From positions 1 to 62,954 of the forward strand of contig JARXPE010000004.1 of the NCBI GenBank assembly GCA_029887795.1: a stretch of 62,954 bases of DNA, written 5' to 3'. Positions 39,816 to 51,000 of the stretch are shown piece after piece. Source of the stretch: Thermoproteota archaeon (GTDB lineage Archaea; Thermoproteota; Methanomethylicia; Methanomethylicales; Methanomethylicaceae). The position numbers and the translations under genes are program-made. The notes below the pieces were generated by a model. It was not told the DNA's origin, did not search any database, and saw only the letters and a list, made by a program, of their open reading frames with translations. Position 1 is the first letter of the stretch; the number at the start of each line of letters is the position of its first letter.

Positions 39816-40726
39816 GCTCAGTATTGACAATTAAGGACCTCACCGAAGAAGAGTTTACGCTACCGGGGAACGCCGCATGCCCTGGGTGTGCGGCGGCGCT
39901 CTCCCTGAGGATAGCCCTTAAGGTTCTGGGACCCAAGACCATAATGATAGTTCCAGCGAGCTGTATCTCGGTGATCCAAGGATATTATCCCAAGACGCCA
40001 TGCAGGGTTCCAGTTCTTAATGTTGCATTCGCATCGACAGCTGCTGCGGGCAGTGGCGCGGTTGCCGCGCTTGAGCTTAAGGGGAAGAGCGGTGTTAAGG
40101 TCCTCTGCTGGGCGGGGGACGGCGGGACGGCCGACATCGGCTTGCAGGCCCTAAGCGGAGCGGCAGAAAGGAACGAGAATATGATATACGTATGCTACGA
40201 CAACGAAGCATACATGAATACGGGCACCCAGAGGAGCGGGGCAACTCCAAGGGCTGCCTTTACAACGACGACCGTCACTGGTAAGCTAGAGAGAAAGAAA
40301 AGTGTTCCAGAAATAATGATAGCCCACAGGATCCCGTACGTGGCGACTGCGTGCGCGGCGTTTCCGCTCGACTTTGCTAGCAAGCTGAAGAGGGCTGAGT
40401 CCATGCCGGTTAGAGGGCTGAAGTACATACACCTCCTTTCACCGTGCCCACCAGGGTGGAGGTTTCCAGCAGAAAAGACCGTGGAAGTCGGGAAATTGGC
40501 GGTAATGACTGGGATGTGGATTCTATACGAGTGGTACGATGGGGGATACAACCTCACTGGCCCATCCAAAGCGCTCTTGGAAAAGAGCAGGAGAAGGCCT
40601 TTAAAGGATTACCTATCGATCCAAGGGCGGTTCGGACATCTCAAGGAGGAGGATCTCGAATCCCTGCAGAGAGACGTTGATGAACACTGGGAGGAGTTCT
40701 CCAAAAAACTAGGGATTCGAGCTTAG
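39812..40726 (+). CDS. porB: pyruvate/2-oxoacid:ferredoxin oxidoreductase beta subunit
   Basis: ACPGC, GDGGTADIG, DNEAYMNTG, SPCPPGW, QGRF. Confidence 0.93.
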   Translation: MSSVLTIKDLTEEEFTLPGNAACPGCAAALSLRIALKVLGPKTIMIVPASCISVIQGYYPKTPCRVPVLNVAFASTAAAGSGAVAALELKGKSGVKVLCWAGDGGTADIGLQALSGAAERNENMIYVCYDNEAYMNTGTQRSGATPRAAFTTTTVTGKLERKKSVPEIMIAHRIPYVATACAAFPLDFASKLKRAESMPVRGLKYIHLLSPCPPGWRFPAEKTVEVGKLAVMTGMWILYEWYDGGYNLTGPSKALLEKSRRRPLKDYLSIQGRFGHLKEEDLESLQRDVDEHWEEFSKKLGIRA

Positions 40727-40768
40727 TCCACATCATCGACAGAGCGTACACCACTCTGACTTTTTCAT

Positions 40769-41797
40769 TCAAAGCATGAGGTTCCCGTCTTCCATTATTG
40801 TGAGACGCTCGCCGGAGGAGAGTTTCACCTCGACTGTGGGAGAAGATATGAGAAAGTCCATGTGTGTTGCAGAGTTGTTCATCCCACCAGGATAGTCAGA
40901 GTTGTGGCCAAAAGCGATATGTACAGTCCTGTAGACCTTTTCAGCTTCCAAGAAGTTCGCACTGAGGCGCGCCTTTTTGTTAAGACCGAAGGCGAACTCG
41001 CCAACATGCCTCGCCATTTCGTCAACGCTTAGGGCAGCGTCCACTCTTTTCCTGAGGACATCGTCAGAGGAGCTTATCTCCAAAGCCTTGCCGCCTTTAG
41101 CCCTTATCGTTATTGGGGACTTTATTGGGCCGATCCCTCCGACCGCCAGGTCGCAAACAAGGGTGCCATTCAGCGAAGACTCCACAGGTCCTGCGATGAC
41201 CTCCCCAGTCGGCAGGTTCAGCCACTTGAAGGCCTTCCAGTCGAATTGGGTGTCCGTAAAGAAAGGTCTGCCAGAGACTGAGAAAGATATGTCAGTGCCT
41301 GCTGGGTTTGTGACCCGAATCTCCTCGGCGCCTTGGAGGCGCATTAGCAGTCGATAAGCAGAATCTCGAAGTTCCCTGTGATCCTCGTGCGAGAGAGCCA
41401 ATGCGCCCTCCGTCAACATATCAAAAGTTATCCCTGGGCAGTGACCGAGCCGGTACTTTCGGTACCTCGTTATCAGACTGATTATCTTGACCCTAAACGG
41501 TGTTTCTTTCTCGCTCTCCCTGAATATGGTGACGAATATGTCTGCAGATCCTTTGGAAACCAATCCATATATCTCCCGTGGGATGTCCTGGCGGACCTCC
41601 GGACCTACTCTCAGCTCAAGAAGTCTAGACCAGAGCCCAAGTTCCAAGGCACCTTCGGCGAAAGCTCTTCCGACTTGTAGCAAGGGGGAGTCACATATCA
41701 CCACCAAACTCTCGCCCTCAACGGCGCCAAGGACGTACCGGAGGGCATTTTTTGCGGATTCAGATGCGTCCATTAAAGACCACATTATCATTATCAC
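40769..41797 (-). CDS. thermophilic metallo-aminopeptidase (M29-like)
   Basis: GTDISFS, NLPTGEV, GEFAFGLN, EKV..TVHIAFG, HMD. Confidence 0.88.
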   Translation of the reverse strand: MIMIMWSLMDASESAKNALRYVLGAVEGESLVVICDSPLLQVGRAFAEGALELGLWSRLLELRVGPEVRQDIPREIYGLVSKGSADIFVTIFRESEKETPFRVKIISLITRYRKYRLGHCPGITFDMLTEGALALSHEDHRELRDSAYRLLMRLQGAEEIRVTNPAGTDISFSVSGRPFFTDTQFDWKAFKWLNLPTGEVIAGPVESSLNGTLVCDLAVGGIGPIKSPITIRAKGGKALEISSSDDVLRKRVDAALSVDEMARHVGEFAFGLNKKARLSANFLEAEKVYRTVHIAFGHNSDYPGGMNNSATHMDFLISSPTVEVKLSSGERLTIMEDGNLML

Positions 41798-41900
41798 TTC
41801 AGAGGGTATTTATGTGATGCTGAAAGGGTTTAAGGGGGCATTCGAATGACCGTGCATGAATAAAAGCCTCAAATTTGTGGTATTTATAACAAAACGGATT

Positions 41901-42743
41901 TTACGTTATGCCCCCCACCAAGAGCGAAATTACTACAGAGATTATGACTAGGGCTACCGTCTCCACGAGTGTGACTCGCCAACGAACATTCATCTTTTTT
42001 GACCTGTACCGGGCCAAGAACACTCCTATAACAATCCCGACGAATATCAGTGAAGCAAGTATGCCAAAGGGAGGAGGTATTGAGACGAAAAGGGCAATAG
42101 GAATAATCCCGGAAATGAAAGTCGTCAGACCGCAAAGAAATGCAGAATAAAGGTTGGATTTGCTGATCTCTTTTTTCAGGACAGTGAATAGTCGCTTCAG
42201 AAGGACGAGGGACTTGTCACGCTCTTCACCGTCCTTTATGCCATTGATACTGTACTCCATAAGGTTTTTAAGGGATATCAGATCCGCCAAGTCTTCGGTT
42301 TTCCCACCTAGTATGAAGCTAGAGAAGTTCGTAAGAGAGACTGCGGAGAGAGTGAGGGCAGCGGCGAATATCGTGAGGGAGGAGCTAAGCCCCGCAAGGA
42401 ACGTGGAGAGGGTTACTATAAGGGCGGTTATTGATCCGTCTGTAAGTCCAGCCACTACCTCGAGGACTGGCTCGTCCTTGAAAAGGAGGTTCTTCATCTC
42501 ATCGCTTAGGTAATGACCTCTGTCAGTCAGGGCGATCTTCTCGCCGCTCCTCTTTATCAATCCCTCCGCCGCAAGTTCATTTAAAGCATGCTCAAACTCC
42601 TCGGGCTCAACGCATCTGGGGCAACCTATGAAATGCTCTATCTTGTGCCGCAACGGCTCGCGTTCGCACTCACAGCCCTTCTTAACGCTGAGGAGAACAA
42701 GTATCCTTATAATGTCACGTATCTCGCTGACCTCGAATGCCAA
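41901..42743 (-). CDS. membrane protein: Cys-containing winged-helix-like N-terminus fused to a VIT1/CCC1-like domain
   Basis: LNELAAEGLI...ALTDRG wing, then GLTDG and about 5 TM helices. Confidence 0.65.
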   Translation of the reverse strand: MAFEVSEIRDIIRILVLLSVKKGCECEREPLRHKIEHFIGCPRCVEPEEFEHALNELAAEGLIKRSGEKIALTDRGHYLSDEMKNLLFKDEPVLEVVAGLTDGSITALIVTLSTFLAGLSSSLTIFAAALTLSAVSLTNFSSFILGGKTEDLADLISLKNLMEYSINGIKDGEERDKSLVLLKRLFTVLKKEISKSNLYSAFLCGLTTFISGIIPIALFVSIPPPFGILASLIFVGIVIGVFLARYRSKKMNVRWRVTLVETVALVIISVVISLLVGGIT

Positions 42744-42896
42744 CGGTTTAAAGCCTCAGGAAAGGGATTGCAGATTGGATTTTTAAAGTTTTTCTAAGTC
42801 CGCCTTGAAGCTTAAACTGGGATTTTAAGAGGGTGGAGGGAGTGTAAAAGGTGATGGTTAAAGTTGAACGTATCAAATCATCAGCTTACTGAAGTC

Positions 42897-42956
42897 AAAT
42901 AATTGGGATTTTAAATACCAATAAGTATATAAATAATTGGGATTTTAAATACCAAT
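42897..42956. repeat. two perfect 26-bp direct repeats, each an imperfect palindrome, flanking a TATA box
   Basis: AAATAATTGGGATTTTAAATACCAAT at 42897..42922 and 42931..42956; 8-bp spacer AAGTATAT; ATG at 42958. Confidence 0.9.
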
Positions 42957-42957
42957 C

Positions 42958-44295
42958 ATGGACATTTGGGTACACAATCCTTGGTGGAAAGGCAGAGAGG
43001 GTATAAAAGAGGATGAAGACTTTAGAAAGTGGCAAGATAGCAAAATAAAATGGACGCCTCAAATCTTAGAAAATGTATTGGAGGCAATGTCACCATTTTC
43101 TGTCCATTTCATCTTCGGACCAAGGCAGGTCGGAAAAACAACTTTAATCAAGCTCTTGATAGCAAGGTTATTAGAAAGAAAAGACCCAAAATCAATCTTC
43201 TACTTTAGGTGCGATCAACTCTCCGATTATAAAGAGCTGGACGAAGTTTTAAAAAAATACTTAAAAATTAAAGATATCGAAAAAATAAAGAGTTCTTATA
43301 TTTTCCTCGATGAAATAACTTTTCCAAGAGAATGGTACAGAACGTTGAAATGGCATATTGACATGGGAAACTTCAAGAATGACGTTATTGTGCTTTCTGG
43401 TTCCCTAAGCACGTCCGTAAAGGGAGAAACCGAGACTTTTCCTGGTAGGAGGGGGCATGGCAGGGACTTCATAATGTATCCTTTGAGCTTCAGGGAGTTT
43501 GTTAGGGTAGTTAACAAAAGCATTTTTGAAAGATTAGAAAAACTTGAAAATTTAGATGAGAGAGAGATTAGGGAAAAAACAATTAATGCCATGCCTTGGC
43601 TAGATGAACTGAACACTCTTTTTGAGGCTTATTTAAAGTGTGGAGGTTTTCCCTTATCCATAAAGTCCCTGTTTGAGAGAGGGAAAATAATCGATGAGGT
43701 TGTAATAACATACCTGAGCTGGATTAAAGGAGACATAATGAAGCTTAGAAGAAGCGAGGCCATAACGAAAAGGGTTCTTAAGGCCCTCATAGAAAAAGTG
43801 CCCTCTACGCTAAGTTATCACAGTATAGCGAAAGAGTTCGAGGTGCCATCTCACAAAACAGTCTTCCAACACATAAACCTCTTAGAAAAGCTTTTCTTGG
43901 TCAAGGTTCTCAACTTTATCGATCCAAATAAAGGAATTGAGGTCTTTCGCAAACAAAAAAAGATCCACTTCTTGGATCCTTTTTTGTATGAGATCTTTTC
44001 TTATTGGTGTTTAACCAAAAAGCCTGAAGATCCGGTAATGGTCGAGAGCGTGGTAGCGGCACATCTGGCAAGGAAGTTTAACATTGGTTACTGGAAAAAT
44101 TCTAGCGAAGTTGATATAATGGTCTTACATGATGAGAAAATTGTCGGAATAGAAGTAAAATATAGAAAGAAAGCAGAGGCGGCTAGGTTAAAATTAGGTA
44201 GGATGAAACACATGATAACTCTTTCCATAGACCGATTTGAAGATCAACCACTGATAGTGCCAACTAGCATATTTCTGGCATTACTTGAAGTATAG
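42958..44295 (+). CDS. AAA_14/DUF4143-type ATPase with C-terminal PD-(D/E)xK-like domain
   Basis: NPWW, GPRQVGKT, FLDEI, SGS, GGFP, KKIHFLDP, EVD...IEVK; AT-rich. Confidence 0.88.
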   Translation: MDIWVHNPWWKGREGIKEDEDFRKWQDSKIKWTPQILENVLEAMSPFSVHFIFGPRQVGKTTLIKLLIARLLERKDPKSIFYFRCDQLSDYKELDEVLKKYLKIKDIEKIKSSYIFLDEITFPREWYRTLKWHIDMGNFKNDVIVLSGSLSTSVKGETETFPGRRGHGRDFIMYPLSFREFVRVVNKSIFERLEKLENLDEREIREKTINAMPWLDELNTLFEAYLKCGGFPLSIKSLFERGKIIDEVVITYLSWIKGDIMKLRRSEAITKRVLKALIEKVPSTLSYHSIAKEFEVPSHKTVFQHINLLEKLFLVKVLNFIDPNKGIEVFRKQKKIHFLDPFLYEIFSYWCLTKKPEDPVMVESVVAAHLARKFNIGYWKNSSEVDIMVLHDEKIVGIEVKYRKKAEAARLKLGRMKHMITLSIDRFEDQPLIVPTSIFLALLEV

Positions 44296-44626
44296 GAGAG
44301 GGGATTGATCTTCCAAATCTTTTGGATCCACCACTCCACGACCAACGTCAGCAGTTTGCTTAAGATATTTTGAGAGGTTTATTAGTTAGGTGGCAATATA
44401 AAGATGCTATGACCGAAACTTTCGCAAGAATTTACTGATAAAGGCTAGAAGCATTAGATGTGCAAAAATTCGAAATGAAGTATGATAGTAACTTCGATCG
44501 TTCACCAATTAGTCCAATGGTTAAGTCCTACGGGATGGAGAGCATGGTACACCGGAACTCAGGCTAGGCTGAAAATATCTTCCAGCAATAAAGCACTCTG
44601 TGTGTGGATCTTGGCAAAAAATAAAA

Positions 44627-44704
44627 TGGTGCTCCGGACGGGATTTGAACCCGTGTCACTGGCTCGAGAGGCCAGTATACTTGACCGGACTATACTACCG
44701 GAGC
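44627..44704 (-). tRNA. tRNA-Glu(CTC), CCA encoded
   Basis: GCTCCGG...CTGGC-CTCTCGA-GCCAG...GGGTTCAAATCCC...CCGGAGC-A-CCA. Confidence 0.96.
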
Positions 44705-44801
44705 CCGTCATATTTCCAAAGAAATTGGCAATTAAAGTTTTCGGATGTTCTTACAACTCTGATTACGTAATCACTTCGATATTTGATGGTTTACCTTCGA
44801 A

Positions 44802-45953
44802 TCATCGCCTTAGAAGGCTAGTGGACAGAAATGCGCCGATAGCTGCTATACCAGCACCGAGGAGATAAATGAAGTACGGGGATTGCTCCATGATTAGACC
44901 GCCAATCGATATGCTAGCAATTCCGCTTAGCATGCTAAGGGAGAGTAAAAGGCCGTAGGAGGTCCCAACTATGCTGGCGGAGGTCGCCTCACGCATTAGC
45001 AAGTAAAGAGCAGGATATACTCCCCAGAGCGCAATGCCCATTAGGAATATGAAGGCTGCGGCAGGGAGGATAGACCTGACGAAATAAGAACATGCCAAAA
45101 GTATAGAAGAGGACAGGAAGAAGGCTAGCGTCATATGTTTTGCGCCGTAACGATCCACCATTTTCCCTCCGAGTATTCCGCCGATAATTCCCGCCCCCAC
45201 TAGGACCGCGGTGATGGAATCGGCGAGCCCTATTTCAATTCCCTGGAAGAATAACACCGTTGGGAGGTATGTATTTATCAGCCTTTGTGCGGCCCCCAGT
45301 ATGGCGAAAAGGACCATTATGAGGATGGCCTCCCTTTTAAGGAGCAGAGATAGTGTTGAGACTTTCAGATCACTTGCTGAGATACGCTGAGGCGATTTTT
45401 GCTCGAGCGCATCTCCCTTAAATATGAAGATCAATGATGCCACCAAAAAAGACGAGATACCTAGACCGCCCCAAAATAGAAATACCAGACGCCACCCGCC
45501 AATCGCAATCAGCGGTCCGGCTGTCAGTAGGGCGGCAAGTATACCCATATCGCCGGAGCTACTCTGAATTCCCAATGCGGTGCCAGTGCCGCTGTTTCGG
45601 ACAATTTTGGCTGTATATGCGTAGCCCACTGGGTGGTAAATGCTGCCGCCTACTCCTATCAAAAATAGGGAAGGGATGAGTAATGATGGGGAGAGGGCTG
45701 CGAGAAATGCGCCAATTGAGACAACTAAGATCCCAATCCTCAGCAGAAGGGTGTTGGGATAGCGGTCTGAGACGCTTCCTATGGGGGTTTGTAGGACTCC
45801 GAGGCAGAAGGGGATTATTGAACTCAGAAGACCAGCAGCACCGAAAGATAGCCCATATTCAAGGATAATAAGGGGTAGGACGGAAGGTAACAAAAATACT
45901 GTCCCGTCGTTCATGAAGTGAATCATGAGGTTGGCATAGTATCGAGCGTCCAT
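44802..45953 (-). CDS. MFS transporter
   Basis: About 12 TM helices; HFMND, GSVSDRY, GSIYHP, GKMVDRYG. Confidence 0.9.
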   Translation of the reverse strand: MDARYYANLMIHFMNDGTVFLLPSVLPLIILEYGLSFGAAGLLSSIIPFCLGVLQTPIGSVSDRYPNTLLLRIGILVVSIGAFLAALSPSLLIPSLFLIGVGGSIYHPVGYAYTAKIVRNSGTGTALGIQSSSGDMGILAALLTAGPLIAIGGWRLVFLFWGGLGISSFLVASLIFIFKGDALEQKSPQRISASDLKVSTLSLLLKREAILIMVLFAILGAAQRLINTYLPTVLFFQGIEIGLADSITAVLVGAGIIGGILGGKMVDRYGAKHMTLAFFLSSSILLACSYFVRSILPAAAFIFLMGIALWGVYPALYLLMREATSASIVGTSYGLLLSLSMLSGIASISIGGLIMEQSPYFIYLLGAGIAAIGAFLSTSLLRR

Positions 45954-46162
45954 GGTTAGAGCACAGAAGTTCCGTAGGAACGACTGTTATTTAAAATAAT
46001 TGCACAGCTGTTAAGTTTCTGTTCAATCACCGCAGAACCAAAGCTCTATGCTTTCCGTGCACCCATCTGATAAAATATATTGCTATGGATGTGCGTTTAT
46101 AGTGCAAATTCCTAGCTATCCAGAAAAGGCCGTGATATTGTTGATTATTTTATTCTTCAGGA

Positions 46163-47773
46163 TCATAAGTAACCCGTAATCTCCTTCTGCCCCTTCTCTG
46201 GCATTCGGGCGAGATCCTCCTCCCTTACAAATTGCGTGAATCCGTAGACTTTCTCGACCCTCCTCATCACAGAAAGCAATTTCCGCCTTTCGTGTGTCAT
46301 CAGGCTTATAAGAGCATATATACTTGCAACCTTCTTCTTACCAGAATGGCGGAGGATCCTCCCGAACCTTTGAATCCATTTCTTTGGATTGCTCGGAGGA
46401 TCCATCCAGACCTCTAGATCCGCCACAGGTATGTCCAATCCCTCTTCGCCTATACTCGTGCTGACCAAAATTCTAGCTCTCTCCTTGAATTGCAGAAGGG
46501 CCGAAGCCTGCTGCTCCATGGACATACTTCCCTTTCCAACAAGTACCGCCACATCTTCCAACCCATAAACTCCGTGGAGAATTGTCCCGAGTTGCTTTGC
46601 GCATTCGACAGATTCTACGAACACAATAGCCTTCTCGAAACTCTTTCTTTTTAAGATCTCCTTTGTAGCGGCGAACTTGTGGTTAAAAGATGATTTTAGC
46701 GCCTCTCGGTACAAATCGTATATACTCCTCCCGCCGAGTTCCTTCAAACTCTGTCTTAACTCCCTCACCCGCCATATGCCGTAGTTCAGTACGCTGCTCG
46801 CGCCGTCTTCTACGATCCTCGACCTCATTATTCTGAGGGCAAGTAAAGATACACAAAGGGGGTGCTTCTTGCAGTATCCCTTCAGGTGCTGAGATCCGTA
46901 GGCGCTTTTTACTCTTTCTCTATAATCCCTTATCACCTTAGCGAGCTGGTTATAGACCATTAGGAGCTTTTGGGGCACATACAGCCTGACGATAGTTATG
47001 GACCTCTCCGGTAGGAAGGATCTTATATCGGGATCGTTTATCGAGAAGACCTCTATTTGACCAAAAATTCTTTTCAACTCGAGAAGTCGGGAGGGAGCGT
47101 GAAGTTGCGGAGTGGCGCTAAGTGCGAGAATCTTCGCCCCACAGGCCTTAGCAGAGAGGAGTATGGAGTACCCGTCAGTCTCCCCTATGTAACCATGGCA
47201 CTCATCGGCGACAAGGATATCGAAAGGGAACTTGTAGGCAGGCATAAACTCTCTCAGAGCACTAACAGGATCCTCGGACTTCTTTGCCTGGCGGATCTCC
47301 TGTTCATGTTCAGCCAGAAAATCATTGAAGAATGTCTGTGGGGTTGTGACGATGTAACCAGCGTTCCAGACACCCAGCGATTTACGCCTCCCCGGGGGAA
47401 GAGTCCCAGATATTAGATAAGCTTCTTGAACGCCCAGGTTATTTCGTGCGAAGAGGGTTTGTTGTACGCCAAGAGGTATCGAGGGGGTTAAAAATAGGAT
47501 CCTCTTAGGATATTGAGCGGTTTCGCGTGCTAAGAAGGCGCCTGCAACGTAGGTCTTACCAAGCCCCGTGGGCAATCCTATGATTAGCGCGTCTCCCATA
47601 ACCCTATCTAGGATCCTCTGCTGGAAAGGGTATAAGGAATAGCCGATTTTCACCGCAACTCTCTGCTCTTTTTCGATTTTATAGCGGGGCGCAAGGCTTG
47701 AAGCCAGAAGTTCGGTGGAATAAAGGCTGTTGCCTAAGAACTCCAAGTATTTTCTCCAGCCGTTTCGGAGCAT
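46163..47773 (-). CDS. SF2 DExH helicase, Hef/FANCM-like, no nuclease domain
   Basis: LPTGLGKT, TTPQT, DECH, LSATP, STSIGEEGLDI, IQRFGR. Confidence 0.85.
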   Translation of the reverse strand: MLRNGWRKYLEFLGNSLYSTELLASSLAPRYKIEKEQRVAVKIGYSLYPFQQRILDRVMGDALIIGLPTGLGKTYVAGAFLARETAQYPKRILFLTPSIPLGVQQTLFARNNLGVQEAYLISGTLPPGRRKSLGVWNAGYIVTTPQTFFNDFLAEHEQEIRQAKKSEDPVSALREFMPAYKFPFDILVADECHGYIGETDGYSILLSAKACGAKILALSATPQLHAPSRLLELKRIFGQIEVFSINDPDIRSFLPERSITIVRLYVPQKLLMVYNQLAKVIRDYRERVKSAYGSQHLKGYCKKHPLCVSLLALRIMRSRIVEDGASSVLNYGIWRVRELRQSLKELGGRSIYDLYREALKSSFNHKFAATKEILKRKSFEKAIVFVESVECAKQLGTILHGVYGLEDVAVLVGKGSMSMEQQASALLQFKERARILVSTSIGEEGLDIPVADLEVWMDPPSNPKKWIQRFGRILRHSGKKKVASIYALISLMTHERRKLLSVMRRVEKVYGFTQFVREEDLARMPEKGQKEITGYL

Positions 47774-48021
47774 ATTGTACCCTCGGAGATCCTTAAGTTT
47801 ATGTTGTTATATTTGGTGAGGTCGTATATATGGGAAGTCTATCCCTAGATTCAACGGAAAAAATGGACCTTTGAACTCTATGTGCTACCCTCCATGGCTC
47901 CGGATTTGCCAAGATGGACATTTGGAGGACATGGTTGTCTTCGCACTATGCCCCCTCTTGGCTCTCATCTCAGAGCGTTGAACATAATTTCTCTGCTTCA
48001 GGAGGAGGGGCTTAAGGAGGT

Positions 48022-51000
48022 TCAAAGTGCCCAAACGTCTAACTTTATTTGGTCTGCGTTGAAATCGAATGGGCTTTGCTCATTTTTGAAGGCGTAGATC
48101 CGCAGTCTCGACTCGCCTGAGCTTATGTACTTCAAGAAGTCAGAGGTTACGGTTATCGATGCTATTTCAGGAGTGTTTGCTGGGCCCGATATATAGTTTA
48201 TAGAGTAAACGGTGCTCCACGAGGAAGTAGAGTAGTCCCACAACTGAAAGGTCACATTTACTGAGGTCATATTAAATAGGGAAGTAATGTTATACGTCAT
48301 GTTGAATATTGTCCCTACAACTACATTTTGAAATACGAAATAGGCGTCTATTTGCTGCTGCGAGACCAAAGTCGGTGAGTAGAGCATGTAGTCGCTGAGC
48401 ATGTAAAACTGTCGGCCCACTTTTGTGGCACTTATAAGAATCTTCCAATTCCCAGAGGCGTCCTTAAAATCTCCAGGGCGTTCTGTTGAGCTCTGGGAGA
48501 AAGACTCAAATGAGAATGGGGAATTGGAGGATGTGTAGCTCAAGTACCCGAACCCCGAGCTCTGGTAGGATCCCGCCGTATAATTGTAAAGTTGTATGGT
48601 GACCTCGACTGAGGGGACACTGAAGGCCTGTGTCGAGTTCCAGAGCAGAGAGATCCATTCGAGGGTGTCGCTAGTGCCCTCGAACTCCACCGAGACTGAG
48701 TGTACATTCACCATTGGGATAAAGTTCAGCATGTTCAAGCCAAATTTTAATTCATTAGAACCGCAGGCTAGGCTTATGGAGATATTCCAGCTGCCCGAAG
48801 CATCCCTAAAGCTGTTTGCTCCTGAAGCTATCTCCAGTACCCTATTCTCTTCAGACAAGTTCTGGTAGGTGAAGTTGAAGTATCCCTGCTCGCCAAAGAC
48901 AGGGTACCTGCCCAGATCGAAGTTGTACACACGCACAACGCATTCTGTGGGCACCGTTGTAACGTTGGAGGTCATGTTTACCAATATCTTGGACCATTCG
49001 TCTGTGTCGGAGGTTCCGGAGAACTCCACGTTGAGAACTGCCGAATACCCGATGAATGAGATCCCCACATCGTCAATTCTTGTTGTTATGTGGGATAGGT
49101 CTGAGGGATCAGAGCAGCTGATATTGAAGAGGACCTTGAGCTGGTAATCTGTATTTTGCTGCATGGGGTAATTCACGGATATGTTAGTTCTATATAAGTA
49201 ACCAACGGAGAGCCCAACCCACCCATTTCCATAGTTGTCGTCTAGGTACAATACGGCGAGATCGTTCCCACCCGAGTCCGCCAGCACCAAGGCAACTGAG
49301 TCCAGCTTGACGTGGCTGTAGTCGCCGTAGTTATATTTTCGGGTTGGGGTGAGATTAAACTGCCAAGCAAAACTCGCCTTAGCCTCTTCCCAAGAAGAGG
49401 GCGAAGTAAAATTCGTAAAGTAAGAAACTATAAACCTATGGAATGAGTAATCAAAGTGTGCATCGTCGATATCAAAGGAGAGCGAGCCCCCACCACTGCC
49501 GTAGGGATTGCCATTCGCAGGATCGTAGTTCGGGCCTACGGTCTTCGCGAGTCCAGTCGGGAAGATCGACCCGTAGAGTATAATTTCTGTCCTATCCAGC
49601 CATACAAAGTCCACAGAAGAGAAGGAGGGCCTATAAATGGAGTTGGGTAGGGAGTACTGAGTGCCAGCGTAATAGAGATACTCGCCAGACCAAGACCCGT
49701 CGTAGTACCTGTAATAGATCCGAGATTGATCCGTATACAGGATGTAGATCCTGCCCGCGATGCAGGTTAATGTAGGATATCGCATAGATGTGGATGGAGG
49801 GCTGATGTTAATTTGAGCGTTTGCTGATGTGAAGTAACGGACTTGTGTGTAACCCGTGTTGAGCACGAAGGCAAATACCACGTAATTATTATAAGGCTCC
49901 GGTGCCGAGGAGAACTCGGCATAATTCACACCGGACGTTATTGTGGTCGAACCGCTTATCGCGCCCCAGTTCCCTGTATCGGGGTTCCACCTGTAGACGC
50001 GCCTGTAGATGATATTCTGCTGATCTGCGCGGGTGAATATAAAGTATATGTTATTGGTATTCGGCTGGAAGGTCATTGAGACCCTAGTCTCTCCAGTTGC
50101 GGTAACTTGGTATATATTGTCAGGGGTGTTGCTGCTGCCTGCATAGTTGTACCAGCTGGGGGTTAAAGAAGGATCGAGACCAGGGCGGCACCTTATGAAC
50201 ATGACTCTCAGTCTGCTTGTGCCCGTGGGAGCTTGGTAGTACCAAGAGAGGGCGGGTCGTTCGTCCTTCGAGGCATAGGTGCGGAATGAAAAGTCCCATG
50301 CCTGAGGAGTCCATGTCTGCCCACCGTTGGAACTGCTGGCGGCATTCCCATTAGGATAACCATCACTAGCGCTCCGATACCATATCCAATATGCTGACGA
50401 ACTCGAGCCCGGCGAGTAGACCACGATCCAGTAGGTCTGCGAAGTATCAAGATAAGCGGGCAGCGCGAATATGCAGTCAAACCATTGGGCAGCCGCTACG
50501 TCTATTACCCTCCCGTAGTCTATCCTGCCGGAGGCGAGTATACCAGAAGAGGACATGTCTGGGGAGGTTCCGTTGTTCTTCCTTATCTCGACATATAGAT
50601 GGTCGCCCGGCGATCCCAATCGGTACAGGTAGAGCATAATGCCGCTTAGGACATTAGAAGATGGTACAAAGGACTGGGCGTAGTAGTTGCTCCCGTAGAC
50701 AGAGATAGACGACGCAGCGGAGTAGAACTGCTGATCCTGCGACGTTAGATAGGGGTAGGTGGCAATAACGGGTCTCTGCAGGAGGATGGTGCTTGGAACC
50801 GAGTAAATTGTAATTGGAGAGGACGAGGTCCAGCCAACCCAGCCGGGTATTCTGAGGCAGAAGTTGTAATGCGGATATGTTAACCATGAAGTCATGTTGT
50901 AGGACCAGCCACCTAGGCTGCCTGCGTAGGAAGTGGTGGTGTACGCCCATTGGAATGAACCGTTAGTGCTCAGAACCACTGCGTATTGAGATCCTTTGTT

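Noticed and set aside
42897-42956. Mini CRISPR array
   Set aside because: Only two repeats with an 8-bp spacer and no cas genes; promoter position favours operators
44482-44868. 128-aa plus-strand ORF
   Set aside because: Runs antisense across tRNA-Glu; spurious
47880-48012. 71-aa ORF or structured RNA (CCCTCC/GGAGGG, GCCAAGA/TCTTGGC) between the helicase and the giant pilin
   Set aside because: No protein motif and only short pairings that could arise by chance
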